Assembly: GCA_019752125.1 (NCBI GenBank)
Contig: JAIEMM010000007.1
Span: 1-61,654, forward strand
DNA length: 61,654 nucleotides
Direction: 5' to 3'
From: Patescibacteria group bacterium
Lineage (GTDB): Bacteria > Patescibacteriota > Minisyncoccia > Phycocordibacterales > SBAW01
The translations under genes and the position numbers were made by a program. Position 1 is the stretch's first letter. Every line of letters starts with the position of its first letter. Shown here piece after piece: positions 45,078 to 55,002 of this stretch. Under the pieces are notes generated by a model. That model worked only from the letters and a program-made list of their open reading frames with translations, was not told the origin of the DNA and did not search any database.

Positions 45078-46129
45078 TTACCTCAGATATAATCCGAGTT
45101 TTTGTTCCCGCAATGATCACGTTTTTAGTGGGCATCGGCATTACACCCTTTGTCACTCATTTTTTATACAAATGGAAGATGTGGAAACCTAAAGCAGGAA
45201 AGGTTGCCTTTGATGGAAAACCTGCAGAGGTTTTTAACCAACTCCATGAGGCACGCGAAACTGGCACACCACGTTTTGGCGGAGTCATCGTGTGGGGGAG
45301 TGTGCTTCTCTGCGCACTCTTTCTTTCTGTGCTCTCATTTATAGCCCCTGAATCCTTCGGCGGACTTACATTTATCAGTCGTAGCCAGACATGGCTACCG
45401 TTTACTGCACTGGTCGCCGGAGCACTCGTCGGATTCTTTGATGATTTATTCGAAGTGCGTGGCACAGGTGGTTTAAAATTGCGCGTTCGCCTTCTTGTTG
45501 TTGCAATTATTGCCGCATTTTGTGCACTATGGTTCTACGAAAAACTAGGGGTATCTTCTATCTCATTCCCGTTTATAGGAACACCCTTACATCTGGGGGT
45601 GTGGTTTATGCTCTTCTTTGTCTTCACCGCACTCTTTATGTACGCCGGGGGTGTTATCGATGGCATAGATGGTTTGGCTGGTGGGATATTCTGCACCATG
45701 TTTGCAGCCTACGCAGGTATCGCATTTTTTCAGCACCAATACGACATTGCGGCACTCGGGGCTGCTATCGCCGGCGCATTGCTCGCATTCTTATGGTTCA
45801 ATATCCCACCAGCACGTTTCTACTTATCTGAAACGGGTACTATGGGGCTTACGTTAGCGCTTGTTGTCATTGCATTCTTAACTGACATGCACGGTGGAGG
45901 GAAAGGAATTATGGTGCTTCCTATTATTGCGCTTCCTTTGGTAGCAACCGTTGCCTCAAACATCCTCCAAATTATTTGGAAAAAAGTATTTAAGAAAAAA
46001 CTATTACGCATCGCACCGCTCCATCACCACTTTGAAGCCCTGGGTTGGCCCGCATACAAAGTAACCATGCGCTACTGGATCGTGGGCGTAGTCTGCGCAC
46101 TTATTGGCATGACCATTGCTCTTTTCTGA
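45074..46129 (+). CDS. mraY: Phospho-N-acetylmuramoyl-pentapeptide transferase
   Basis: GTPRFGG, GFFDD, DGIDGLA, APLHHHFEALGW. Confidence 0.95.
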   Translation: MITSDIIRVFVPAMITFLVGIGITPFVTHFLYKWKMWKPKAGKVAFDGKPAEVFNQLHEARETGTPRFGGVIVWGSVLLCALFLSVLSFIAPESFGGLTFISRSQTWLPFTALVAGALVGFFDDLFEVRGTGGLKLRVRLLVVAIIAAFCALWFYEKLGVSSISFPFIGTPLHLGVWFMLFFVFTALFMYAGGVIDGIDGLAGGIFCTMFAAYAGIAFFQHQYDIAALGAAIAGALLAFLWFNIPPARFYLSETGTMGLTLALVVIAFLTDMHGGGKGIMVLPIIALPLVATVASNILQIIWKKVFKKKLLRIAPLHHHFEALGWPAYKVTMRYWIVGVVCALIGMTIALF

Positions 46130-47223
46130 TGAAGAACCGAATCGACACTCCATTCTTTTTCACAACTGGAGCACTTGTTGTGTGCGGCCTACTGATATTT
46201 ACTTCAGCCGCACTTGGGCAACTTGCACGCGACGGCGCTTCGTTTACGTCTGTAGCCGTAAGCCAGCTCCTACTTGGCTTTGTATGTGGCAGCATTCTGC
46301 TTGTATTTTTTTCACGCCTAGACTACAGAATATTAAAACCCTATACGCCATATATTTTTGCTTTCGCGTTTTTTCTCACACTTCTTACCTTTGTTCCTCA
46401 TATCGGGCTGTCTCTTAAAGGCGCGTCCCGCTGGATAGTCATCGGGGGCTTCTCAGTCCAACCGGAAGAGGTTCTCAAGCTCGCAACTGTGCTGTTTCTT
46501 GCAGCTGTATATTCAACACGAGCAAAAACTGTTCAAACACTTAAGGGTGGGATTGTGCCACTTATACTTATCACCGGAAGCGTTGCCGCAGTTCTTATAG
46601 CACAACCAAACACCGCAGGCGTGATTATTATCGGCATGGCAAGTGCAGCCATACTTTTTGCTGCGGGCGGCCGCGTCTTACATCTATGTATGCTTGCCGC
46701 AGTGGGCGTGTGTGCAATAGTTGGCGCAGCGTTTGTATACCCTCACGTCGCATCACGCATTGAAACATATCTACACCATTCATCTGACCCACAAGGAGCT
46801 GGCTACCAAGTGGAGCAGTCGCTTATCGCTATCGGTTCTGGAGGCTTAACCGGACGTGGCTTCGGGCAAAGTATAGAAAAGTTTTCATATCTTCCAGAAC
46901 CTATAGGGGACTCTATTTTTGCCGTTGCAGGTGAAGAATTCGGCTTCATCGGGAGCAGCCTGCTTGTTATGCTCTTTGCGCTTTTCACTATGTTGGGCCT
47001 ACGTATAGCCGCCCGGGCACAGGACCCCTTCGGTGGACTGCTCGTCGTTGGACTTGTTATACTCATTGCGGGGCAATCTTTTTTCAACATTGCTTCATCG
47101 CTCGCACTCGTTCCACTGGTCGGCGTCCCGCTTATTTTCGTATCCCACGGTGGCACAGCGCTGGCGTTGGCACTTGCAGAAGTAGGTCTCATACTCAGCG
47201 TTTCAAGGCATATGCGCTCTTAA
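46129..47223 (+). CDS. ftsW: SEDS family peptidoglycan polymerase FtsW
   Basis: GASRWI, SVQPEEVLK, GYQVEQSLIAIGSGG, LPEPIGDSIF, SHGG. Confidence 0.92.
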   Translation: MKNRIDTPFFFTTGALVVCGLLIFTSAALGQLARDGASFTSVAVSQLLLGFVCGSILLVFFSRLDYRILKPYTPYIFAFAFFLTLLTFVPHIGLSLKGASRWIVIGGFSVQPEEVLKLATVLFLAAVYSTRAKTVQTLKGGIVPLILITGSVAAVLIAQPNTAGVIIIGMASAAILFAAGGRVLHLCMLAAVGVCAIVGAAFVYPHVASRIETYLHHSSDPQGAGYQVEQSLIAIGSGGLTGRGFGQSIEKFSYLPEPIGDSIFAVAGEEFGFIGSSLLVMLFALFTMLGLRIAARAQDPFGGLLVVGLVILIAGQSFFNIASSLALVPLVGVPLIFVSHGGTALALALAEVGLILSVSRHMRS

Positions 47224-47230
47224 ATTAACT

Positions 47231-48358
47231 ATGAAAATCCTTTTTACCGGCGGAGTAACCGGAGGTCATTTTTACCCAATCATCGCAGTCGCTGAAGCGC
47301 TCCACGACCGTGTGCGCGAGGAGAAAATTCTTGACCCAAAGTTATATTTTGCGTCTCCGAACCCCTACGATAAAGAAATGTTACTTGCGAACGATATCGC
47401 GTTCGTGCCTACATCAGCAGGGAAGCTGCGTCGCTATTTTTCAATATTAAATTTTTTTGATTATTTCAAGACCGCGTGGGGTATCACAGAATCAGTCCTA
47501 CGCACCTTCTTCTTATATCCTGACGTAGTGTTTGGGAAAGGTGGATACGGAAGTTTTCCGACATTGCTCGCAGCGCGCCTGTTCCGCATCCCAGTGGTTA
47601 TACATGAGTCAGACGCTGCGCCCGGCCGCGTAAATATGTGGGCGGGTAAGTTCGCAACAAAAATTGCAATTTCATACCCTGAAGCCGCAGACTATTTCCC
47701 TAAAGACAAAGTTGCCTTCACTGGCAACCCTGTTCGCAAATCACTCATGCTTCCTGCGCGCGAAGGAATGCACGAATTTTTAAAACTTGAACGAGATGTT
47801 CCTGTTATCTACGTTACGGGGGGCTCGCAAGGTGCTGAGGCGGTGAACGAAGCAATCCTCGCGGCACTGCCAGAACTCGTAAAACACTATCAGATCATTC
47901 ATCAAGCAGGAGAACTTAATATCAAAGAAGTGACACAGCGTGCCCGAGTTGCGCTTGCAGATTCAGCCCATAAAGACCGCTACAAGCCCTACGCATACCT
48001 CAACGACCAAGCCTTGCGTATGACAGCAGGCATCGCGCAACTCGTGATTTCGCGCGCAGGTTCTACTATTTTTGAGATTGCGCTCTGGGGCATCCCGTCC
48101 ATCATCATTCCTATACCAGAACCTATTTCGCATGACCAAAAGACAAATGCCTTCGCCTATGCGCGCTCGGGCGCGGCAACAGTCATTGAACAAGCGAACC
48201 TTACGCCACATCTGCTTGTGTCAGAAATTACACGCATTTTAGGCAATGAACAGCTCCGCTCGTCGATGAGCGCCGCTGCCAGGGGGTTTGCGCGTGCTGA
48301 CTCTGCGCGGCTTGTTGCAGACGCATTATTGAATATCGGCCTTTCCCATGAGCAATAA
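47231..48358 (+). CDS. murG: UDP-GlcNAc:lipid I transferase
   Basis: GGVTGGHFYP, GGYGSFP, HESD, GNPVR, GGSQGA. Confidence 0.96.
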   Translation: MKILFTGGVTGGHFYPIIAVAEALHDRVREEKILDPKLYFASPNPYDKEMLLANDIAFVPTSAGKLRRYFSILNFFDYFKTAWGITESVLRTFFLYPDVVFGKGGYGSFPTLLAARLFRIPVVIHESDAAPGRVNMWAGKFATKIAISYPEAADYFPKDKVAFTGNPVRKSLMLPAREGMHEFLKLERDVPVIYVTGGSQGAEAVNEAILAALPELVKHYQIIHQAGELNIKEVTQRARVALADSAHKDRYKPYAYLNDQALRMTAGIAQLVISRAGSTIFEIALWGIPSIIIPIPEPISHDQKTNAFAYARSGAATVIEQANLTPHLLVSEITRILGNEQLRSSMSAAARGFARADSARLVADALLNIGLSHEQ

Positions 48359-49676
48359 TGTAGTAACTCGTGTAGCGCCTTCGCCTACAGGCCAGATGCA
48401 TATTGGCACAGTCCGTACGGCTTTGTTTAATTATATTTTTGCTAAACAAAACGGAGGCACATATCTTGTCCGCATAGAAGACACCGACAAAGAACGCAAT
48501 AGGGAAGAGTGGGTTGATGATATCTGGCAGGATTTCCAGTGGTGTGCACTTACACCAGATAAAAAATATCGACAGTCAGAACACGTCGGACGCCACAAAG
48601 AATTACTTCATTCTCTTGTTAATTCAGACAAGGCCTACGTTTCTAAAGAACCAAAAAAAGACGATGCTTCACAAACGGTAGAGGTTGTTCGACTACGAAA
48701 CCCAGGCGGGAAGGTAACGTTTACCGATCTTATCCGTGGGGAAGTGACAATTGATACGACAGAGCTGGGAGACTTTGTTATTGCCCGTTCTATAGATGAC
48801 CCTCTCTACCACTTCGCAGTAGTGGCTGACGACGGCGACGCCGGAGTGACTCACGTTATCCGTGGAGATGATCATATTTCAAATACACCAAGACAGATTT
48901 TGATTTTGGAAGCACTCGGTTTCCAGCGCCCTGTGTACGCGCACCTTCCGCTGATTCTTGCACCAGACCGCTCCAAACTTTCAAAGCGCAAACATGGCGC
49001 ATCGCTAGAAAATTATCGCGGACAGGGTTTTTTGCCTGAAGCAATACTCAACTACCTCGCACTGCTTGGATGGAACCCTGGCACAGAAAAAGAGTTGTTT
49101 ACACTTGATGAGTTAATCAAAGAGTTTTCGCTTGAGCGCGTTCATAAAGCTGGCGCTGTGTTTGATATTGAAAAAATGAAATGGTTTAACCACGAGTATA
49201 CAAAAATGCTTTCGCTCGAAGAGTACGAAAAGCAACTCTCTGTCTTTATTGAATCGCGCGGAGAAACCGTACCTCCATACATGCCAGCTATATGTACAGA
49301 GCTTCGTAATAGGGCTCAAACGTATGGTGAAGCCGCCAACTTTTTAATAGATGGCGAATTTTCTTTTATGGAAGAAACTATCCCCACTCCCACTACAGAC
49401 CTTCTATTAAAAGGAGCTAAGGCCAGCGCAGAAGCGGTTAAGACACATTTGCAGGCGGTACTGGAGTTACTCGGCAACCAAGAAGGTTTTACGGCAGACT
49501 CAGTGAAGGAACTTGTGTTCCCCTACGCCACAGAAAAGGGGAGGGCTTCAGTACTATGGCCTATGCGCGTAGCTTTGAGTGGAAAAGAAAAATCACCTGA
49601 CCCCTTCACGCTCGCAGGACTTCTTGGGAAAGAGAGAACACTTGAACGCATTGAGAAAGCCTTCCAATTGCTTTAA
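48348..49676 (+). CDS. gltX: Glutamate--tRNA ligase
   Basis: RVAPSPTGQMHIG, RIEDTD, IRGDDH, KLSKR. Confidence 0.97.
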   Translation: MSNNVVTRVAPSPTGQMHIGTVRTALFNYIFAKQNGGTYLVRIEDTDKERNREEWVDDIWQDFQWCALTPDKKYRQSEHVGRHKELLHSLVNSDKAYVSKEPKKDDASQTVEVVRLRNPGGKVTFTDLIRGEVTIDTTELGDFVIARSIDDPLYHFAVVADDGDAGVTHVIRGDDHISNTPRQILILEALGFQRPVYAHLPLILAPDRSKLSKRKHGASLENYRGQGFLPEAILNYLALLGWNPGTEKELFTLDELIKEFSLERVHKAGAVFDIEKMKWFNHEYTKMLSLEEYEKQLSVFIESRGETVPPYMPAICTELRNRAQTYGEAANFLIDGEFSFMEETIPTPTTDLLLKGAKASAEAVKTHLQAVLELLGNQEGFTADSVKELVFPYATEKGRASVLWPMRVALSGKEKSPDPFTLAGLLGKERTLERIEKAFQLL

Positions 49677-49685
49677 AGTAGAGTA

Positions 49686-50924
49686 ATGCTCTCACTGTTT
49701 GCTTCTTTGCTACTTTTGTTTGCCCCTATAGCTCACGCTCAGACACCGAGCGATGTGCAGGCGCAGATAGATACCAATACTACGCAGATACAACAACTGC
49801 AAGCAGAAATTGCACAACTGCAAAAGCAACTCGATGCAACCTCCAAACAAAAGCAGACTCTCCAAAATGCAATCAACGAAATTGCTCTTAACATCAAGAA
49901 GATAAATACGACCATTACGCTTACTAATGCGCAGATCGTCCAAAAAGACAAAGAGATAAATCGTCTCTCCGGAAGTATCTCAACTACAACGGACGAGATA
50001 GGGGTAGTCGCGGATGAAATTGGAAGTTCACTCCAGCAGTTAAACATGCTCGACAATGAACCACTGGCTCTTGTCATTTTAAGCGGTGCAGATATTTCAT
50101 CAGTGTTCGATACAGAAAATGCACTCGAGTCAATTCGAAGCGGCCTTCAAAACAGAACAACAGAACTTCAGCATCTGAAAAGCAATCTCGTTAGCACAAA
50201 AAATACAACAACGCAGCAGCGTGCACAGCTAGCGACGCTCAAACAAAATCTCGCGCAACAGAAAACCAGCTTAGGATTGGCCCAGCAATCACAAACGCAA
50301 CTTCTCGCACAGACTAAAAACCAAGAGAGTTCATACCAAGCACTTATTGCACAGAAAAAAGCAGAAGAGGCGGCCTTTGAAGCAGAGCTGGTGAAGCTTG
50401 CGCAAGGACTCGGTACGGCTGATGTTTCAAGCGCAGCTGCAGCTAGACGTGGAATATTGAAATGGCCCCTCGACAACGTTGCCATCACGCAATATTTTGG
50501 GAACACTTCGTTCGCCCAATCTGGTGCATACAGTGGCCAAGGCCACAATGGTATAGACTTCCGCGCACCAATCGGTACGCCAATTAAAACAGCTCTTACT
50601 GGAACAGTGCAGGAAATAAACTTGGGCGCCGTTAAGAACTGTCAGTACGGAAAATGGGTGCTTATAAAACACGACAACGGTTTGACCTCGCTGTATGCCC
50701 ACCTTTCGTCCATTACAGTAAATAAAGGGGACAGAGTGCTAACAGGACAGGTGATAGGGTATGCAGGCGATACAGGCTACGCAACTGGCCCTCACCTCCA
50801 CCTCACAGTATATGTATCGAGCGCAGTCAGTTTTAAAACCTATACATGCAACAGCGGTAAAACTGCATATATTCCCATCGCACCTCTCAACGCGTACTTA
50901 AACCCTCTCTCGTATTTGCCATAA
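49686..50924 (+). CDS. Secreted coiled-coil protein with M23 peptidase domain (EnvC/CwlO-like)
   Basis: Signal peptide, long coiled coil, HNGIDF, YAHL, TGPHLH. Confidence 0.93.
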   Translation: MLSLFASLLLLFAPIAHAQTPSDVQAQIDTNTTQIQQLQAEIAQLQKQLDATSKQKQTLQNAINEIALNIKKINTTITLTNAQIVQKDKEINRLSGSISTTTDEIGVVADEIGSSLQQLNMLDNEPLALVILSGADISSVFDTENALESIRSGLQNRTTELQHLKSNLVSTKNTTTQQRAQLATLKQNLAQQKTSLGLAQQSQTQLLAQTKNQESSYQALIAQKKAEEAAFEAELVKLAQGLGTADVSSAAAARRGILKWPLDNVAITQYFGNTSFAQSGAYSGQGHNGIDFRAPIGTPIKTALTGTVQEINLGAVKNCQYGKWVLIKHDNGLTSLYAHLSSITVNKGDRVLTGQVIGYAGDTGYATGPHLHLTVYVSSAVSFKTYTCNSGKTAYIPIAPLNAYLNPLSYLP

Positions 50925-50993
50925 AAAAATACTATATACTTATGGGTGAGCGGTGGTGGTCGAGCCGCATAAATCTCTAACATATTTTACACT

Positions 50994-51215
50994 ATGAAAG
51001 TAGTACATATGGTTGCGTTTATTCTTCTCGTGGTCGGCGGCTTGAACTGGGGCCTCGTTGGTCTTGGCAACTTCGCTGGTAGCGATTGGAATATCGTGAA
51101 CATGCTCCTTGGCTCATGGCCAATGGTTGAACAGGCTGTCTATGTCCTTGTAGGCGTCTCAGCAGTATGGCTTCTCATCGGTCACAAGAAAGCCTGCAGA
51201 GAGTGCTCAATGTAG
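50994..51215 (+). CDS. DUF378 family small membrane protein
   Basis: LLVVGGLNWGLVG...VYVLVGVSA. Confidence 0.9.
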   Translation: MKVVHMVAFILLVVGGLNWGLVGLGNFAGSDWNIVNMLLGSWPMVEQAVYVLVGVSAVWLLIGHKKACRECSM

Positions 51216-51232
51216 TAGGCCAGTTTTTTAGT

Positions 51233-51261
51233 AAAAATCCCCGCCTTTGGTGGGGATTTTT
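51233..51261. terminator. Bidirectional-type terminator
   Basis: AAAAATCCCCGCC-TTT-GGTGGGGATTTTT. Confidence 0.8.
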
Positions 51262-51285
51262 ACGTATATGCTATACTCTTCATCT

Positions 51286-52035
51286 ATGAGCACGAACGCT
51301 ATATCTATTAAGAATCTACGTAAGACCTATAAGACGGGCACGCAGGCGCTCAAGGGAGTCGACCTCGACATCGAGGCGGGCGATTTCTTTGCACTCTTGG
51401 GGCCTAACGGGGCAGGGAAGACCACTATTATCAGCATCATTACCAGCCTCACCAGAAAGACCGAGGGCGAGGCTAAAGTGTTTGATATATCGATAGACGA
51501 GGACCCTGACCAAGCAAAAACCTACATTGGTCTTGTGCCGCAGGAGTTTAACTTCAATATTTTTGAAAAAGTAATCGATATCGTAACCACCCAAGCTGGG
51601 TACTACGGTATCCCACGCAAAATTGCGATTGAGCGTGCAGATGAAATTCTTAAAGCACTCGGTCTGTGGGACAAGCGCAACACTATGGCGCAGCAGCTTT
51701 CAGGAGGTATGAAGCGCCGCCTTATGATCGCTCGCGCGCTCGTCCACAAACCAAAACTTCTTATTCTCGATGAGCCGACCGCGGGTGTCGACATTGAAAT
51801 GCGTTTGGGTATGTGGGACTATCTTCGCCGCATAAACAAAGAGGGCACGACCATCATCCTTACCACTCACTACTTGGAAGAAGCAGAGCAGCTTTGCCGC
51901 ACGGTTGCCATCATAAACAAAGGGGAAGTGAAGTTGCATAAACCTATGAAAGAGCTTTTGGAAGGAGATGGAGGAGAGAAGCTTGAAGATGTATACCTTG
52001 GAATTATTCAGGAAGATAACAAAGACAACAAATAG
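51286..52035 (+). CDS. ABC-2 type transporter ATP-binding protein (YadG-like)
   Basis: GPNGAGKTT, LSGGMKRR, LDEPT; TGCTATACT 8 nt before ATG 51286. Confidence 0.93.
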   Translation: MSTNAISIKNLRKTYKTGTQALKGVDLDIEAGDFFALLGPNGAGKTTIISIITSLTRKTEGEAKVFDISIDEDPDQAKTYIGLVPQEFNFNIFEKVIDIVTTQAGYYGIPRKIAIERADEILKALGLWDKRNTMAQQLSGGMKRRLMIARALVHKPKLLILDEPTAGVDIEMRLGMWDYLRRINKEGTTIILTTHYLEEAEQLCRTVAIINKGEVKLHKPMKELLEGDGGEKLEDVYLGIIQEDNKDNK

Positions 52036-52036
52036 T

Positions 52037-52810
52037 ATGACAGGATCTCAAATGTGGACCTCGTACTACACGATGGCCCGAAAAGAATTTGTGCGCATGA
52101 TACGTATCTGGTCGCAGACCCTTCTTCCACCTATCGTCACAACAAGTCTCTACTTTGTAGTGTTTGGCTCCTTCATCGGCTCCCAACTTGCTGAAATTAA
52201 TGGTTTCAGCTACATGCAGTTTATCGTGCCAGGCCTCATCATGATGTCGATGATCACCAGCTCATACATGAACACGGTGTCGACCTTCTATTTTGCAAAA
52301 TGGCAGCGCACGCTGGATGAAGTTCTTGTATCACCAACACCAAATTGGATTGTTATCGCAGGCTTTATCAGCGGGGGAATGATGCGTGGACTTATGGTGG
52401 GAGCCTTAGTGCTTCTTGTGTCACTCTTCTTTACGCACCTTGCGATCCACAGCGTGGTTATACTCGTGCTTGCAGGCATCCTTACAACAATGCTGTTCTC
52501 ACTTGCCGGCCTTGTAAACGGCATATTTGCAAAAGGCTTTGACGGTATCTCTATTGTTCCAACATTCGTTCTCACCCCGCTTACATACCTGGGTGGCGTA
52601 TTCTACTCAGTAAACCAATTCTCAGATTTCTGGCGCACGGTATCGCTGTTCAACCCGATTCTCTACATGATCAACGCCTTCCGTTACGGCTTCCTTGGCA
52701 TTAGTGATGTATCGATTGCCTTTAGCTTCTCAATGCTTGTGACAGCCAACGTAGTGCTCCTTGCACTCACGGCGTACTTGTTTAAGAAAGGGTGGGGCTT
52801 CAAGAACTAA
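52037..52810 (+). CDS. ABC-2 type transporter permease (YadH-like)
   Basis: QTLLPP, YMQFIVPGLIMM, PLTYLGGVFYS, NPILYMINAFRYG. Confidence 0.93.
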   Translation: MTGSQMWTSYYTMARKEFVRMIRIWSQTLLPPIVTTSLYFVVFGSFIGSQLAEINGFSYMQFIVPGLIMMSMITSSYMNTVSTFYFAKWQRTLDEVLVSPTPNWIVIAGFISGGMMRGLMVGALVLLVSLFFTHLAIHSVVILVLAGILTTMLFSLAGLVNGIFAKGFDGISIVPTFVLTPLTYLGGVFYSVNQFSDFWRTVSLFNPILYMINAFRYGFLGISDVSIAFSFSMLVTANVVLLALTAYLFKKGWGFKN

Positions 52811-53475
52811 AAAAGTTTTTGTGGCTTCTTGCCTCGCTTCCACTCAGTAAATTTGAGTGTATTGCGTTCAAGAGGGGAGGTCTTGCGTAAGCGTCTACGC
52901 GCGCTGTTTGCAATGATAGAAATGTGGGGCGACTCATCTAACTCTTCAGCAACGAAATCAAGATGCCCTTCCTTCCCCTCTGAGACAACCCATTGCTCTG
53001 GCTTATATCGACGTAGGTCGAATGGTTTTGAAAATGCCTTTAGGGTTTTGACGCCGTCATCTAGATAGTATTCGTGAAAATATGACATCGCGAGCTCTCG
53101 CGGGGTTTTATACACAGCATCGCGCCAACGCAACACAGCATGGTTAGTTTTACTTATTGCACCCCACCCGCCCTTTTCTTGAAAGAGGGTGACAACGTGG
53201 TCGTCGTCGTGCGCAAGCGTCTGCAGATCTAAAAGAAGAGGCTTGTGGCCATGGTAGGCGAGAGCGGCGGCGGCAAACAGCGCGCCTTCCATACAGTGAG
53301 CCACTCTTTCCCTTAGCATCTGACGAGGGGAACGGAGCGTGTCTCCGCGGGGTTCAAAATTTATAGGTAGGCTGTCGAGATAATCCTGTATCTTTTGAGG
53401 AGTATCCAATCGAGAAAAAACCTTGTGCTCCTCCTTCGTTAACAATTTCTTCAGGTTCTTTGTATACACTTTCAT
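52807..53475 (-). CDS. Hypothetical protein, transglutaminase-like (Cys-His)
   Basis: AHCMEGALFAAAAL, DDDHVV, WGAISKTNH. Confidence 0.75.
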   Translation of the reverse strand: MKVYTKNLKKLLTKEEHKVFSRLDTPQKIQDYLDSLPINFEPRGDTLRSPRQMLRERVAHCMEGALFAAAALAYHGHKPLLLDLQTLAHDDDHVVTLFQEKGGWGAISKTNHAVLRWRDAVYKTPRELAMSYFHEYYLDDGVKTLKAFSKPFDLRRYKPEQWVVSEGKEGHLDFVAEELDESPHISIIANSARRRLRKTSPLERNTLKFTEWKRGKKPQKLF

Positions 53476-53534
53476 ATGTACCAGCTCATCCGTTTAGAGT
53501 CGTATTTATATTTAACCACATTTAGTTACCATCT

Positions 53535-53690
53535 ATGTTATATACCATTGCAATCGTCTTATTGATCTTGTGGCTACTGGGTATCGTCTCGTCGTACACC
53601 ATTGGCGGGTTTATTAACATCCTGCTTGTTGTCGCCGTAATCCTCGTCCTTATCCGCCTTATCCGCGGAGAGAAACCGTTCAATATATAA
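53535..53690 (+). CDS. lmo0937-family small membrane protein (51 aa)
   Basis: Manual translation MLYTIAIVLLILWLLGIVSSYTIGGFINILLVVAVILVLIRLIRGEKPFNI. Confidence 0.85.
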   Translation: MLYTIAIVLLILWLLGIVSSYTIGGFINILLVVAVILVLIRLIRGEKPFNI

Positions 53691-53724
53691 AAAAACCGTT
53701 CACCTCGGGGGAGGGAACGGCTTT
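53691..53724. terminator. Bidirectional terminator
   Basis: CCGTTC...GAACGG stem with A-run before and T-run after, between convergent ORFs. Confidence 0.7.
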
Positions 53725-53738
53725 GAATACTGTCGAGG

Positions 53739-54233
53739 CTACCCACGCTCGTACGAAGAGAGCGCGTACGAAGAGGGCATAAAACGAAACGCGCTACCAG
53801 CCTTGATGGAATCCTGGCACCTGCGAACATCTTCCACCGCCAACCGACGCCCGAGAGGGTCGATCGCCTTGCTGCCGCTGACCTTGTTCCAGATGAGAGC
53901 TTTCGCCTTGTCGGCCTCGTCCCCAAAGAGCTGGATGATGGTGCCCTCCACCTTCATCTTGGAGACGTTCACCTGGTTGTAGCTGCCGTAGAGAGTGACC
54001 TCCTGCGTGGCGGCAAAGAGCTGGATCATCTCCGGATCTGCCGTGCAGAATATGACTTCTTGGGTCGCACCATCCTTCTCGCTGAAGGCGATAATGGCGC
54101 AGTGCCGTAAAAAGTCTTGACTCTCTTCTGGTTCGAAAGGATGTGCGTCGCCACGAGCCTTGAAGAACATGCTCCAGATGTGGGGCAAGTGTTTTACCCC
54201 ATTGTGCACGCTGAGAGGCTTGTACTGAGACAT
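53739..54233 (-). CDS. GC-rich hypothetical protein (164 aa); accessory cassette
   Basis: SD AAGGGAG before ATG 54233; GC-rich codon usage. Confidence 0.75.
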   Translation of the reverse strand: MSQYKPLSVHNGVKHLPHIWSMFFKARGDAHPFEPEESQDFLRHCAIIAFSEKDGATQEVIFCTADPEMIQLFAATQEVTLYGSYNQVNVSKMKVEGTIIQLFGDEADKAKALIWNKVSGSKAIDPLGRRLAVEDVRRCQDSIKAGSAFRFMPSSYALSSYERG

Positions 54234-54310
54234 TTTTCTCCCCTTTTTTGTAAGAACTTCCTGCACAAATTACCATACTCTCTCCGCAAATCAACAGAGA
54301 AGAGAAAAGA

Positions 54311-54336
54311 AAAAGCCACTCTTTCGAGGGGCTTTT
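54311..54336. terminator. Bidirectional terminator
   Basis: AAAAGCC-A-CTC-TTTC-GAG-G-GGCTTTT. Confidence 0.75.
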
Positions 54337-54359
54337 GATTGGGTAGGGGATCTAGTCGC

Positions 54360-54530
54360 TTATGGGTGCGTATGCACCTTCGGATAGCGCCAGTTTATAA
54401 CCATGCCCAACACGTAGATCAAGGCGACCGCCAAGGGTCCCCACCATCCGAACGCGTTGTAGGCCATGATGGCCAACAGCAAAATGAAGCCGTGGGCCAT
54501 CGTCACAGTCCCAATCCTTATGCCACCCAT
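54360..54530 (-). CDS. Small membrane protein (56 aa); accessory cassette
   Basis: Manual translation MGGIRIGTVTMAHGFILLLAIMAYNAFGWWGPLAVALIYVLGMVINWRYPKVHTHP; SD GGGAGAG. Confidence 0.65.
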   Translation of the reverse strand: MGGIRIGTVTMAHGFILLLAIMAYNAFGWWGPLAVALIYVLGMVINWRYPKVHTHP

Positions 54531-54828
54531 TTCGCTCTCCCAAGTTACGTTGAAGAAGTTAGGTAATATACTCTCAACAAGTCCTAAAGAACTATATCAC
54601 GTTTTTTAATTTTAGCAATACACCCAAGGCATATTAGTAGGGAAGGGCTTCCCTGTTTTTTTGGAGAAAAAATTTTCAACAAATTTTTATAGTTTTTTAT
54701 CAAACCAAACGGTAGGGATATCAGAAATAATTCTCAGACAGGTGCAGGGAAGAGAACAGGGACACAAAGTACAAGTCGTGATTCAACGGATCCAAGCCCA
54801 AGGGGATACTGAATTTTAATATAGGTAT

Positions 54829-54856
54829 ACGTCGCACAATATACCTTTTGCGACGC
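54829..54856. other. Candidate chromosome dimer resolution (dif-like) site, 11-6-11
   Basis: ACGTCGCACAA-TATACC-TTTTGCGACGC; arms 9/11 inverted; in gene-free gap at the orientation switch; KOPS polarity. Confidence 0.65.
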
Positions 54857-55002
54857 TTATTAGGCTCAATATAGAGGGGGCCTGGCTTAAGCCCTGTTTG
54901 AGCCGCTGGCTTTCAATTAATCCTTCCCCGCCCTATAGTTACTTTAGATTTGTCTCTTAGAATTATTTTATTTTTATTTAATTTACTCTCCTCTTTTCAC
55001 TT

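Noticed and set aside
53749-53776. Direct repeat CGTACGAAGAG twice
   Set aside because: Short, within the end of a CDS, and no further copies seen
54639-54654. AGGGAA...TTCCCT inverted repeats (also 30835, and loosely 55361 and 55547) as one operator family
   Set aside because: Spacers differ (3, 4 and 8 nt) and the contexts are unrelated, so a common binding site is not supported
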